A DNA stretch of 64,000 nt. It comes from Candidatus Poseidoniales archaeon. GTDB taxonomy: Archaea; Thermoplasmatota; Poseidoniia; Poseidoniales; Poseidoniaceae. The translations under genes and the position numbers were made by a program. Positions 7,527 to 17,044 of the stretch are shown one piece after another. The DNA lies in NCBI GenBank assembly GCA_012959275.1, contig DUDM01000050.1:9485-73484 (forward strand), written 5' to 3'. The notes beneath the pieces were generated by a model that had not been told where the DNA came from, made no database searches, and saw only the letters and a program-made list of their open reading frames with translations. Within the stretch, counting starts at the first letter, position 1; each line of letters opens with the position of its first letter.

Positions 7527-10226
7527 TCAAACAGCACTTATGGCAACTGCTTGGACTTTGTATTCGGGGCAACGAGTATAGCCATCAGATGAGGAACTGA
7601 TTACGGTGTTAACTCCAACTTCTGGGAAGTGAAAAGTCGTGAATAGATTGCCGATTCTGACATCATCATTGTGTTTTGCCAACATTTTAATCTTATTCCG
7701 AGGGCTTGAAAGCCAAACTTCGGAATTATCTTGAATCCCAAGGTTTTCAGCATCTTCGGGGTTTATCTCTAGGTAATCTGATTCTCTAAATTCAACAAGA
7801 CCACTACGTCTTGTCTGGGTTGCCGCATTGTAATGATAGAGGTTCCTACCAGTTACCAAAATAAACGGGTAATCATCGCTTGCAGTTTCATTTGGCTCAG
7901 AAAACTCAGGGGCTGCAAAATGACCCAAACCCCTCGAAAATTGGTCTTGATGCATGACTGGAGTGCCTGGGTGTTCAGCAGTTGGTGCCGGCCATTGAAT
8001 TGCTTCTACATCCTCTAACCTATCATAGGAGATTCCTACGAAGTTGGGTGTTAATGCCGCTAATTCATCCCATACATCCGAGCAATCCTCACTAAATGCA
8101 ATGGGGTGGCCCAGCGCTTCTGCTAATTCCTTGACGATTATCCAATCCTGCTTTGCTTGGCCAGGTGCATCGATTGCCTTTCGGATTCGCTGTATTCTTC
8201 TTTCACCGTTTGTATAGGTTCCATCTGATTCCAAGAATGAAGCGGCGGGTAGGACGATATGTGCATATTTTGCCGACTCGCAGAAGAAAATATCTTGAAC
8301 GATGAGTAATTCCAAATTGGATAATGCCTCAATAACCTGTAGATTATTTGGGTCTGTGTGGGCAATATCAGAGCCGATCATGTATAGTGATTTCAGCCCC
8401 CCTTCGCTAACACTTTCTAACATAGCAGGATAAGTCATTCCTGGTTTAGTTGGAACTTCAACATTCCATGCTTTGGCAAATTTCTGTCTTACTTGGGGGT
8501 CATCTGCTGATTGATAATTTGTATAGACATTGGGGAGAGCGCCCATGTCACATGAACCCTGAACATTATTTTGGCCCCTCAGTGGATTGATTCCGGTTCC
8601 TAGTCGACCTACATTCCCAGTCAGGAGTGCAAGGCTTGAGAGTGCCATCACGCCTTCCGAGCCATGACTATGTTCAGTCATTCCTAGGCCGTGTACGGAC
8701 ATTGCAGCATCGACCTCGGCGTACAATTTTGCCGCAGATTCCAATGTTTCGATTGGTATGGTGGTCAGTTCTGAACATAATTCAGGTGTCATCAATTTGA
8801 CCATTTCCTTGAATGGCTCAAGGTTCTCGGTTCTAGAAGACATCCACTCATCGCTGGCTTGCAAGTTTTCTCGTAGGATGATATGGGCCAAGCCTTGGTA
8901 AAGAGCGACATTTGTACCCGGTCTTAATTGAAGGTGTATATCGGCTATTTTTGCCAACTCTGTGCGCTTAGGGTCGGCAACAATCATCCTCATACCTCGC
9001 TTTCTTGCGCGGACTATTCTTGAGCCTGTGACTGGGTGGCCGTGAATGGGATTACAACCTGAGACGAGGAGTAAGTCGGTTTCATCGATATCATTCAAAC
9101 TATTAGTTCCAGCCCCTGCACCAAATACCGTCATCATTCCTTTGACAGTTGCAGAATGGCATACTCTAGCGCAGTTGTCTACATTATTCGTTCCAACAAC
9201 AGCCCGCATTAATTTTGCTCCTAGATAGTTGAGTTCATTTGTCGAGCGTGAAGAAGTAATGATTCCAAGCGAATCAGGGCCTTGGCTACCGATTAGGTCT
9301 TTCCATTTTGAAGAAATCAGGCCATACACTTCATCCCAACTTGCTTCTCTAAACTCCTCTTCTATTGAATCACGAACCAGCGGAACTGTCAGCCTATCTT
9401 TGTGATGGACATAGGCTGAAGCGAACCTTCCCTTGACGCAGGAATGACCCTGATTGACAGGAGATTCAGCAACTGGAATCATCGAGACTAATTTTCCACC
9501 TTTGACACCCGCATCGAATTGGCAGCCAACTCCACAAAATGCACAGGTTGTTCGAACATAGGAATCGGGCTTACCATGCTTTCTCTCAACTGTGTCTTCA
9601 AGGGCAGCTACAGGGCATTCGTTGACACAAGCACCACAAGACACACAATCTGAATCCATGAATAATTCATCTGCACCAGCAATTATTCGGCTAAAGAAAC
9701 CTCGGCCATCAATCGATAAAGCATGGGTTGCTTGAATATCATCACAAGCCCTGATACATCGAGAACAGACAATACATTTGCTTGGATCAAAAGAAAAGAA
9801 TGGATTCGATTCATCGATTGGCATACCTTCGCAAGAAGGAGTATTATCATAGCGAACTTCTCTTAATCCAACCTCTGATGCCACATCTTGTAATTCACAA
9901 TCACCGTTGGCAGTACAGGTCAGGCAGTCGAGTGGGTGTTCACTAACATAGAGTTCGGTTAATCCTCTTCGTAGATCCCACAATCGATCATTAGTAGTTG
10001 CAACTTGCATCCCAGAACTTGCTGGCGTAGTGCAAGAAGAAGGTGTGCCTCGCATTCCCTCAACCTCTACGATACACATTCGACAAGAACCGAATGCCGC
10101 TAGATGGGGGGAATCACAGAGACTTGGGATTTTGATATCATTATCTCTGGCTACTTGCATTACCGTTTGGCCCGCTTGTCCAACTACCATGGTACCGTCG
10201 ATAATCATGGTGAATTCTTCACTCAT
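7527..10226 (-). CDS. fdhA: Formate dehydrogenase alpha subunit (molybdopterin, NAD-type, Cys variant)
   Basis: An N-terminal 2Fe-2S segment (SCRMCIVEV) and 4Fe-4S clusters (CIVCSRCIRAC, CVSCGACVNECP) precede the molybdopterin domain. NCARVCHSATV has Cys where Sec-type enzymes carry U. Confidence 0.88.
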   Translation of the reverse strand: MSEEFTMIIDGTMVVGQAGQTVMQVARDNDIKIPSLCDSPHLAAFGSCRMCIVEVEGMRGTPSSCTTPASSGMQVATTNDRLWDLRRGLTELYVSEHPLDCLTCTANGDCELQDVASEVGLREVRYDNTPSCEGMPIDESNPFFSFDPSKCIVCSRCIRACDDIQATHALSIDGRGFFSRIIAGADELFMDSDCVSCGACVNECPVAALEDTVERKHGKPDSYVRTTCAFCGVGCQFDAGVKGGKLVSMIPVAESPVNQGHSCVKGRFASAYVHHKDRLTVPLVRDSIEEEFREASWDEVYGLISSKWKDLIGSQGPDSLGIITSSRSTNELNYLGAKLMRAVVGTNNVDNCARVCHSATVKGMMTVFGAGAGTNSLNDIDETDLLLVSGCNPIHGHPVTGSRIVRARKRGMRMIVADPKRTELAKIADIHLQLRPGTNVALYQGLAHIILRENLQASDEWMSSRTENLEPFKEMVKLMTPELCSELTTIPIETLESAAKLYAEVDAAMSVHGLGMTEHSHGSEGVMALSSLALLTGNVGRLGTGINPLRGQNNVQGSCDMGALPNVYTNYQSADDPQVRQKFAKAWNVEVPTKPGMTYPAMLESVSEGGLKSLYMIGSDIAHTDPNNLQVIEALSNLELLIVQDIFFCESAKYAHIVLPAASFLESDGTYTNGERRIQRIRKAIDAPGQAKQDWIIVKELAEALGHPIAFSEDCSDVWDELAALTPNFVGISYDRLEDVEAIQWPAPTAEHPGTPVMHQDQFSRGLGHFAAPEFSEPNETASDDYPFILVTGRNLYHYNAATQTRRSGLVEFRESDYLEINPEDAENLGIQDNSEVWLSSPRNKIKMLAKHNDDVRIGNLFTTFHFPEVGVNTVISSSSDGYTRCPEYKVQAVAISAV

Positions 10227-12082
10227 TGCATCTCACCTTCAAATGCGGTTGGCCAACGTTCCATGGTCGAACGCACTGGGTTCATCGCCAATCCACCCAG
10301 TGCACAGAGAGAAGTTGAGGTCATCAAATCATCGAGGTCGGTCAGCAATTTCCTGTCGCCTTCTTTTTCCATATCTCCGCCCAAGCGTTCAATCAATTCC
10401 AAAGCCCGTTGAGTGCCAATTCGGCAAGGGGTGCATTTTCCACAACTCTCGTCGCGGAAGAAACGCATCCAGCCAACTACTTCCTTATGAGCGTCAAAAC
10501 TAGCATCATAACAGACGAATCCACCATGGCCGAGTAGGCCACCTGCATTTGCCAAGCCCTCAAATGATAATTCGATATCGTACATCTCTTGCATTTTGAA
10601 TACCGAGCCAAGAGGCCCTCCTGCTTGTATTGCAACTACTTCATCACATCCACACCATGAATCGAGTATCGCACCGATACTTCCACCAAAAGGAATCTCG
10701 AAACAAGCAGGACGTTCCAAAGTACCAGTTGCTTGAACAACTACTGTTCCCTTGCTTGATTCGACCCCTAGGCTGCCGTAATGCCCTCCTCCAACTCTCA
10801 TTATTGCCGCCGCTAAGGCGAATGTTAGGACGTTATTGACTATTGTAGGTTTACCGAATAGCCCAGAAGTTGTCGGGAATGGCGGGCGTGCCCTAACCTC
10901 TCCCCTCCTACCTTCAAGGCTCTCAAGCAGCGCTGTTTCTTCCCCACAAACATATGATCCAGCTCCAATTGCTATCTCAATGTCGAAATGGTCTCCGAGG
11001 ATTCCTTCATTTCTTGCGCTTTGCAGAGCACTTTCCAGTATTACTTCAGCATGAGGATATTCACTCCTGAGGTAAACTTTTCCTTGACTTGCCCCTATTA
11101 CTTGAGCGCAAATCGCCATCCCTTCGATTAAGGCATGAGGATCCCCTTCCATAATCATCCGGTCAATGAATGTCCCAGCATCTCCTTCGTCGGCATTTGC
11201 CACCACGAATTTCAAATCTGTTTGCTCGGCAGCGGCTGCTGCCCACTTGAAATGGGTTGGAAATCCTGCTCCACCACGCCCTCTTAAGCCAGCGGTTTTT
11301 AATTCTTCAATGACTCCTTTGCTGCCAACTTCTTTGGCCTTTTCCAATCCTTGGTAGGCTCCTAGTTCCTTCATTCCTTCTAAATCAAGAGGATTAGCAT
11401 GACCGAATCTTTGCATTGCATATCTAGATTGATTTTTGAGTAGATCTTCAACTAGGCCAAGTGATTTTGGATGACTTTGTTGCTTTGAAATAGAATCTAA
11501 TATTGAAGGAATATCTGCCGAAGTAATCGGGCCAAAGGCATGTCTTTTGCCTTCGATATCAACTTCTAGCGTAGGCTCAAGATGGAATAATCCTCTGCTA
11601 CCTGTGCGAATTAATGCTGCATCTTCAGTTACATGTTGTAGTAGAGAATTAGCGATATCTTCACTGCCTATAGCAAGGCTAGTACTATCTTGGCTAATGT
11701 AGAACTGAATGCCGCTTCCTTGTTGAGATGCACACTGTGGTACAGTTTCATCTCGAAGTACAGCAGGACCACAAGCACAAAGTCCAGCACAAATCAGTTC
11801 CCCAACCCGTTCACCTGAGTCCTCCAATTCTTTGATTAAGGCATCAGCACCTCTAGCTCGGCATGACTCTCCTGTACAAACTCTAACTGTGTGGTCGCTT
11901 GGTTTTAATTCGGCATAATAGCCAATCGCTCCTCGTACCTTTGCAGCAGTAGTATCACAGAGTTCTGCAATCTCTCGGATGCGTTCTCCGCTTGGCATTC
12001 CACGGTTATGAATTTCTTTCTTCAGAACATCCAATAATCGATGCCCTGGGCGACTGGGGTCCCATCTTTCAATGATTGTCAT
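10223..12082 (-). CDS. Fused NuoE-like and NuoF-like diaphorase (formate dehydrogenase gamma/beta, NAD(P)/FMN-binding)
   Basis: The N-terminal segment VCTGESCRARG...CAGLCACGP is a 2Fe-2S thioredoxin-like fold. GLRGRGGAGFPT, NADEGDAGTF and ESCGKCTPCR are NuoF signatures. The stop forms an ATGA overlap with the fdhA start. Confidence 0.85.
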   Translation of the reverse strand: MTIIERWDPSRPGHRLLDVLKKEIHNRGMPSGERIREIAELCDTTAAKVRGAIGYYAELKPSDHTVRVCTGESCRARGADALIKELEDSGERVGELICAGLCACGPAVLRDETVPQCASQQGSGIQFYISQDSTSLAIGSEDIANSLLQHVTEDAALIRTGSRGLFHLEPTLEVDIEGKRHAFGPITSADIPSILDSISKQQSHPKSLGLVEDLLKNQSRYAMQRFGHANPLDLEGMKELGAYQGLEKAKEVGSKGVIEELKTAGLRGRGGAGFPTHFKWAAAAAEQTDLKFVVANADEGDAGTFIDRMIMEGDPHALIEGMAICAQVIGASQGKVYLRSEYPHAEVILESALQSARNEGILGDHFDIEIAIGAGSYVCGEETALLESLEGRRGEVRARPPFPTTSGLFGKPTIVNNVLTFALAAAIMRVGGGHYGSLGVESSKGTVVVQATGTLERPACFEIPFGGSIGAILDSWCGCDEVVAIQAGGPLGSVFKMQEMYDIELSFEGLANAGGLLGHGGFVCYDASFDAHKEVVGWMRFFRDESCGKCTPCRIGTQRALELIERLGGDMEKEGDRKLLTDLDDLMTSTSLCALGGLAMNPVRSTMERWPTAFEGEMQ

Positions 12083-12131
12083 CCACTCACCAAGTTTGAC
12101 GAGGTGGTTCCATACTTTGACTGTTGTTCTT

Positions 12132-12917
12132 TCAGCCCTGTGCAATCGGACGATTATATGAGACGCTACTTTCATCGCGAGTAAAGCCATACAAGGCGAT
12201 TCCTGCATCTCTTGCTAGGTCGATAGCCATGCTACTGGCAGCCCCTACTGCAATAATTACAGCGATTTTTGCGGCTGCTGCTTTTAGTACCAATTCTGAG
12301 CCAATCCTACCTGACAAACAAAGGATGCAATTGTGCATTTCAATATCGCTAATTATTGCTTGGCCAATAACCTTGTCCACTGCATTATGTCTGCCAATAT
12401 CTTCCATCAATAGCAACATTTCACCTTCAGATGTAAATAGAGCAGCGGCATGGATTCCACCGGTTGAGGAGAAGGCGACTTGACTATCTTTCATTGAATT
12501 TGGTAAGTTAACAATTATTTCATCATCAATATTCAATTGTTCTAACTCGCATTGATGAGCCAGATTCAACAAATCAGAAAAGTCTTGACGGCCACATATC
12601 CCACATGCACTGCCATTGCTAATACGCCCTCTGGTGGCAATCTGATATGATTCATCAGCCATTAGAATGGTAGCAGAAGGTTCGTTTAACACAATTTGGA
12701 ATTCACTATTATCTGTCATAACACCCTCTGAATGAATTAATCCTCTGATTAGCGCCTCATCATTACCTGGTGTTCTCAAAATACTGACCCATCTTTCTAA
12801 TTTAGTAGGTGATTTAATATCGATGCTCAAGACTGATTCAACGGCAATACAATCCTTTTCTAGAGACCAGTTTCCATCATTGAGGCGATGTATTGCTCGC
12901 TCCTCAATGCTCGCCAT
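12132..12917 (-). CDS. fdhD: Formate dehydrogenase accessory sulfurtransferase FdhD
   Basis: EDIGRHNAVDKVIG motif, a conserved SACGICG cysteine loop, and about 260 aa. Confidence 0.85.
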   Translation of the reverse strand: MASIEERAIHRLNDGNWSLEKDCIAVESVLSIDIKSPTKLERWVSILRTPGNDEALIRGLIHSEGVMTDNSEFQIVLNEPSATILMADESYQIATRGRISNGSACGICGRQDFSDLLNLAHQCELEQLNIDDEIIVNLPNSMKDSQVAFSSTGGIHAAALFTSEGEMLLLMEDIGRHNAVDKVIGQAIISDIEMHNCILCLSGRIGSELVLKAAAAKIAVIIAVGAASSMAIDLARDAGIALYGFTRDESSVSYNRPIAQG

Positions 12918-12921
12918 TTAT

Positions 12922-13554
12922 TCACAGCCTCTCGCGTACCGCATCCATGCAGGCTCTCGACAAAATTCTCGAGGATTCTAATATTGAGGCTGCTTCTTCT
13001 TTTAGAGCCCCACCCATTTCTTCAGGCAGGCTTGAAACATTGATTTCTACATTGAATAATGCCCCTTTACAGGCAGCAGATGCGAGAAGTGATGCAACTC
13101 CAATATCAGATACTGTGTTTACATTTCCTTTTCTTGCTAGTTCTGGAAGATGTTCCAATAAAGAATGTGCCAGTCTTGCAGTCTCCAATGGAACTTCAGC
13201 AGCCCCTAAGGTAGCCTCGCGAATCGCTTGACGGCGAATTTCTTTTTCTTCATCACTATCTTTGGCCAATTTGAAAGTCATCATAACCGCATCGAATGAG
13301 CGGCTATCGTCAGTAGCCAAGTCAAGGGCTCTGCCAAACATTCCAATCGCGCACTCTTGGGTTTTTTCGGCAATTTCCCATCCGCTCTGCCATTTTTCCT
13401 TGCCGAGTGTCAAGTCTGCAACCATGCAAGACAGTGCGGCTGCTTGACCGAGTGCTACGGCAGCAGCCGTGCCGCCTCCTGGGGTTGGTGATGAACTTGC
13501 AAGGGCAGTTTGGAATTCACGCAGGCTCATTTCGGACCATTCGTCTTCAGACAT
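12922..13554 (-). CDS. Formimidoyltetrahydrofolate cyclodeaminase (equivalent to the FTCD C-domain)
   Basis: SSSPTPGGGTAAAVALGQAAALSCMV is the N-terminal signature of the cyclodeaminase/cyclohydrolase family. Confidence 0.8.
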   Translation of the reverse strand: MSEDEWSEMSLREFQTALASSSPTPGGGTAAAVALGQAAALSCMVADLTLGKEKWQSGWEIAEKTQECAIGMFGRALDLATDDSRSFDAVMMTFKLAKDSDEEKEIRRQAIREATLGAAEVPLETARLAHSLLEHLPELARKGNVNTVSDIGVASLLASAACKGALFNVEINVSSLPEEMGGALKEEAASILESSRILSRACMDAVRERL

Positions 13555-14598
13555 TCAGTCACTTCCTGTAAGTGCTCTTTCGATAATCCTTTGCTCGGCG
13601 ATGAATGGTCCAAGGTCATCTAGGCCCATTCCCTTTACTGCCGCTGTGATTAGTTCCTCTTCACTAATTGCATCGCTATCGTACCATGCTCCAGCCTCTA
13701 AAAAAGCACTTAGCGGTGCCAGACCAACTAATTCACTACCCGTAGTTTCAATTCCATAGGTATTTGCTAGCCACTTGATTGTTTCATATGCCACATGCAT
13801 TGGTGTTATGCTAATGTCCTGTAGATTCATTGAGACTTGGGAAATTCCATGTTCTTCCAAAGGGAAGCCCATTCCCTGAATTTTTGGAAGCATCCCCGAA
13901 ACTGGCATTTTTTGGCCGGCCTCATTTTTTATCAGTGGGCCGGATTGCCGGATGGTTCTACCGATTGCCCCTGCCACTATTGCTTCTTTTTCATCGAGAT
14001 TAACATTGTATGCTACTAAGATACCTCGTGCCCCAATTATTGTAGCGCCGAATTTTGCAATCTTTTCAGTCCAAATGGATGGGCCGTTATCAGGTAGTCG
14101 AGTCTCATCTTCATGGATCGAATCTTTCCCTTCTGTCAAACGTGCTTCTAATTCCTCGTACTGTCCTTTCCTGAGTAGGCTATGGTTTTTTCTTGCATCG
14201 CTTGATGCGGCTGCCCCATAAAGATAGGAAGTTAGGTCCAATTCATCAGCAACCCTCTGAGAGAGGCTGCGCGCTAATTCTGAACATTCTTGCATGCTAA
14301 TTTCCGCTAAGGGGATAAATGGACACACATCGACTGCGCCTAAGCGAGCATGGTTTCCTTTGTGTAGCCGCATGTCGATGTTTTCTGCCGCACTAGCGAT
14401 TAATCTGAAGGCTGCTTCACTAACTGCCTGTGGTGTTCCGGCAATTGTAATCACAGTACGGTTGTAATCGCTATCAGGTTCGCTGGACAATACACGAGCA
14501 CCATCGATATCTCTTGCGGCATTAACTATTGATTCGATTTTAGCAAGGTCCGTACCCTCGCTAATATTTGGCACGCATTCGACCAATGGACCTGTCAT
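13555..14598 (-). CDS. Glutamate formimidoyltransferase (equivalent to the FTCD N-domain)
   Basis: LVECVPNISEG N-terminus, YNRTVIT motif, about 347 aa. The stop TGA is followed immediately by the ATG of the cyclodeaminase gene. An alternative ATG lies at 14625. Confidence 0.82.
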   Translation of the reverse strand: MTGPLVECVPNISEGTDLAKIESIVNAARDIDGARVLSSEPDSDYNRTVITIAGTPQAVSEAAFRLIASAAENIDMRLHKGNHARLGAVDVCPFIPLAEISMQECSELARSLSQRVADELDLTSYLYGAAASSDARKNHSLLRKGQYEELEARLTEGKDSIHEDETRLPDNGPSIWTEKIAKFGATIIGARGILVAYNVNLDEKEAIVAGAIGRTIRQSGPLIKNEAGQKMPVSGMLPKIQGMGFPLEEHGISQVSMNLQDISITPMHVAYETIKWLANTYGIETTGSELVGLAPLSAFLEAGAWYDSDAISEEELITAAVKGMGLDDLGPFIAEQRIIERALTGSD

Positions 14599-14640
14599 GA
14601 ACCGTTGGCGGCTTGAGCAAGCCATCAATGTTACCGAAGT

Positions 14641-15204
14641 TTATTCTTCCTCGGTCAAAGCAGCTACTACTTCATCAGGAAGGTCAAAGAAATCCATTTG
14701 CATCCGCACCAACTCCCCACTGGAATTGGCTGAAGCATAGGCCTCAAGTGGTAATCTATTGAGTTTGAAGAACTCCTCTCCCCAACTAAATGCATTGAGT
14801 AACCCTCTGGCTTCTTGCTCTCTTCCCAATATCCATAATGATGCAGCTAATGCTTCGGCTGTGGTCATTTTGCTAGGCTTTCCCCAGTTCACAGGGTTGG
14901 CGGCTAATAGCATGGGGAGCATTCTTCGTTGTAGTTTAGTCCTTTTTCCAACCTTCCTAACACTATCTTCAATCTGCGCCCAACTGCAATCAAGTCCAAC
15001 TAATTTCCCACCTTTATCCATTAATTCTCGGTCTTCAGGGCCCAATACTTTGCCGCAAAGTGGGTCGAGAATTATTCCCCTCCTCGGTAATTGGGAAATT
15101 TTCTTATGAAGTATTAATTTCCCTTTCCGTGATAATTTTACCACAGTATTCTTACTAGGGTCGTCTTGAGCTAACCAGATGGCATGGATTCCAATTTCAG
15201 CCAT
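14641..15204 (-). CDS. tsr3: 16S rRNA aminocarboxypropyltransferase Tsr3
   Basis: DPSKNTVVKL, DCSW and LPMLLAANPVNWGKPSKMTTAEALAASL match the Tsr3/DUF367 consensus. Confidence 0.85.
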   Translation of the reverse strand: MAEIGIHAIWLAQDDPSKNTVVKLSRKGKLILHKKISQLPRRGIILDPLCGKVLGPEDRELMDKGGKLVGLDCSWAQIEDSVRKVGKRTKLQRRMLPMLLAANPVNWGKPSKMTTAEALAASLWILGREQEARGLLNAFSWGEEFFKLNRLPLEAYASANSSGELVRMQMDFFDLPDEVVAALTEEE

Positions 15205-15213
15205 ATTATCGAC

Positions 15214-15702
15214 TCAATCCTTGAAGAAATCGCCTAAGTTCAGACCACGACTTGTACCAGAACCTACCATTCTATTTTCATCTGGTTTAGTTTCAACCAT
15301 CAGGGTGATATCAAGGGCTCTTTCGAGTTTTTTAATGACAGTATCAGAAGGAGGGCGCCCCGATTCTGCTGCTTGAATAACATTTATTTTTTCAGCCATT
15401 TTATGGGCTAGTTGGCGCTTATCTAAACCCATTTTTTCACGGGCTTCGGTAATTATTTTAGAAAAGCCTCCGCATAATTCCATATTCCCTTTGCGCATAA
15501 TGTCGCGGCCTTTCTTTCCAGTTCCAGAATACCCTCCATGGTTTGCCTTTTTCTGGACAATTTCAGACGGTTTTCGAATAGGTGCGACAGTGGCCAATCC
15601 CATCGAATCAATGCACCTGCTGCAGGCATCAACAGTTGCCCTACCCATCTTCACACTACGTGTAGAAGTCTTCTCGGCTCCACATAATTCACAGGCGCCC
15701 AT
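15214..15702 (-). CDS. mbf1: Archaeal multiprotein bridging factor 1 (Zn ribbon plus HTH)
   Basis: N-terminal CELCG...CSRC ribbon and a C-terminal Xre-type HTH (RQLAHKMAEKINVIQAAESG). The longer ORF begins with TTG, so ATG 15702 was chosen. Confidence 0.8.
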   Translation of the reverse strand: MGACELCGAEKTSTRSVKMGRATVDACSRCIDSMGLATVAPIRKPSEIVQKKANHGGYSGTGKKGRDIMRKGNMELCGGFSKIITEAREKMGLDKRQLAHKMAEKINVIQAAESGRPPSDTVIKKLERALDITLMVETKPDENRMVGSGTSRGLNLGDFFKD

Positions 15703-15814
15703 ACTATCCCCGTTGACTGTGCAACGCTCCCCCCAATTCAACCCTACGATTGACAATTTTCCAGCAAAGAGTTTGAGTACATTGAATAACGGTGGGCAAA
15801 CTGAGGATAGTTGA

Positions 15815-17044
15815 ATGACATCTGATGTTGAGGCTATGAAGCCGAGTTCGGTTAGTGAAGAGAGCCGCTCTGATGACGAATTGCGTCTATTAGAACGAGA
15901 TTACCGCTCCTTGCATGATAAAGCCCAGAACTTGATAACAGAACGCGTATCATTGGAAAGTGATATCAATAAATTAAAGAAGCGTACTGCAAGATTAGAT
16001 GAAGAAATTCGAATGCTAAAGAGCCCACCGCTAATCATTGGGCACGTACAAGATGTCCTAAATGATGAGTCAGCAATTGTCCGTTCCTCCAATGGAACTG
16101 TCTTTCAAGTTGCAGTTAATCAGCGCTTAGGGATTTCACGCTTAAAGCCGGGCACCAGAGTTGCGCTTAACCAAGATACATTAGCAGTAACTGACGTTCT
16201 CCATGAGGCATGGGATCCGCTCGTTAGTGGAGCAGAACTAATTGAAGCACCAAATATTGAGTACAGCCATATTGGTGGCTTAGATGAACAGATTGAGAAA
16301 TTAAGAGAGGCCATCGAATTACCACTTGAGCGCCCCGACTTATTCAGAAAAGTTGGTATCGAGCCTCCAAAGGGTGTTTTGCTTGTTGGACCACCGGGCT
16401 GTGGAAAGACCATGATTGCCAAGGCCGTAGCATCCCAAACTAATGCAACCTTCATCAGAATGGTTGGTAGTGAATTAGCTCAGAAATACATTGGAGAAGG
16501 TGGGCGGATGGTTAGAGAACTATTTTCATTAGCCCGCGACAAAGCCCCCGCAATCATTTTCTTGGACGAAATAGATGCAATTGGAGCCAAGCGTCTTGAT
16601 GCAGCCACCAGTGGGGACCGAGAAGTTCAACGCACACTCATGCAACTACTAGCAGAATTGGATGGCTTTGATGCCCTAGAATCAGTCAAGATAATCGCAG
16701 CAACAAACCGTCCTGATATACTCGATGACGCTCTACTCCGCCCTGGTCGTTTCGATAGAATAGTCGAAATTCCTATGCCCGATGAGAGTGCTCGTAAATC
16801 AATCCTCTCAATTCATGTTGGAAGGATGGCTACTACGAGAATTTCGATGCCCAGAATTGTTGAGGCAACGAATGGCTTCACTGGTGCCGATTTGAAGGCT
16901 ACTTGTGTAGAAGCAGGAATGGCAGCCATACGAGATAAGCGCTCAAAGGTCCGCCAAGCAGACTTCACTCAAGCAATTCAAATCGTTGCTAAGAAGCGTG
17001 ATTCTGGACCTGGTTCAAATTCTTCAGAAGCACTTTATGTCTGA
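15815..17044 (+). CDS. pan: Proteasome-activating nucleotidase (AAA+ ATPase)
   Basis: N-terminal coiled coil, Walker A GPPGCGKT, Walker B IIFLDEIDA and the AAA second-region-of-homology motif. C-terminal ..ALYV fits a HbYX-like end. Confidence 0.92.
   Translation: MTSDVEAMKPSSVSEESRSDDELRLLERDYRSLHDKAQNLITERVSLESDINKLKKRTARLDEEIRMLKSPPLIIGHVQDVLNDESAIVRSSNGTVFQVAVNQRLGISRLKPGTRVALNQDTLAVTDVLHEAWDPLVSGAELIEAPNIEYSHIGGLDEQIEKLREAIELPLERPDLFRKVGIEPPKGVLLVGPPGCGKTMIAKAVASQTNATFIRMVGSELAQKYIGEGGRMVRELFSLARDKAPAIIFLDEIDAIGAKRLDAATSGDREVQRTLMQLLAELDGFDALESVKIIAATNRPDILDDALLRPGRFDRIVEIPMPDESARKSILSIHVGRMATTRISMPRIVEATNGFTGADLKATCVEAGMAAIRDKRSKVRQADFTQAIQIVAKKRDSGPGSNSSEALYV

Noticed and set aside
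7480-7572. Long N-terminal extensions implied by the ORF track for hutU, and similarly at 12083-12208, 15703-15756, 33495-33590, 33274-33630, 41621-41743, 52761-53021, 52876-52989 and 61918-62016
   Set aside because: The extensions overlap neighbouring genes or divergent promoters. Several begin with TTG or GTG. They add residues that do not match the family N-termini. Internal ATGs, often with SD motifs, fit better.
7527-10226. Selenocysteine recoding in formate dehydrogenase
   Set aside because: The ORF is uninterrupted, and the Mo-ligand position is encoded as Cys (NCARVCH).
8138-11357. Assorted 60-160-aa ORFs inside or antisense to fdhA and the diaphorase gene (for example 8138-8365, 9046-9228, 10030-10503, 10836-11054)
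   Set aside because: They are fully nested in long ORFs that have strong family motifs on the opposite strand or in another frame. They have no start context or recognisable motifs.
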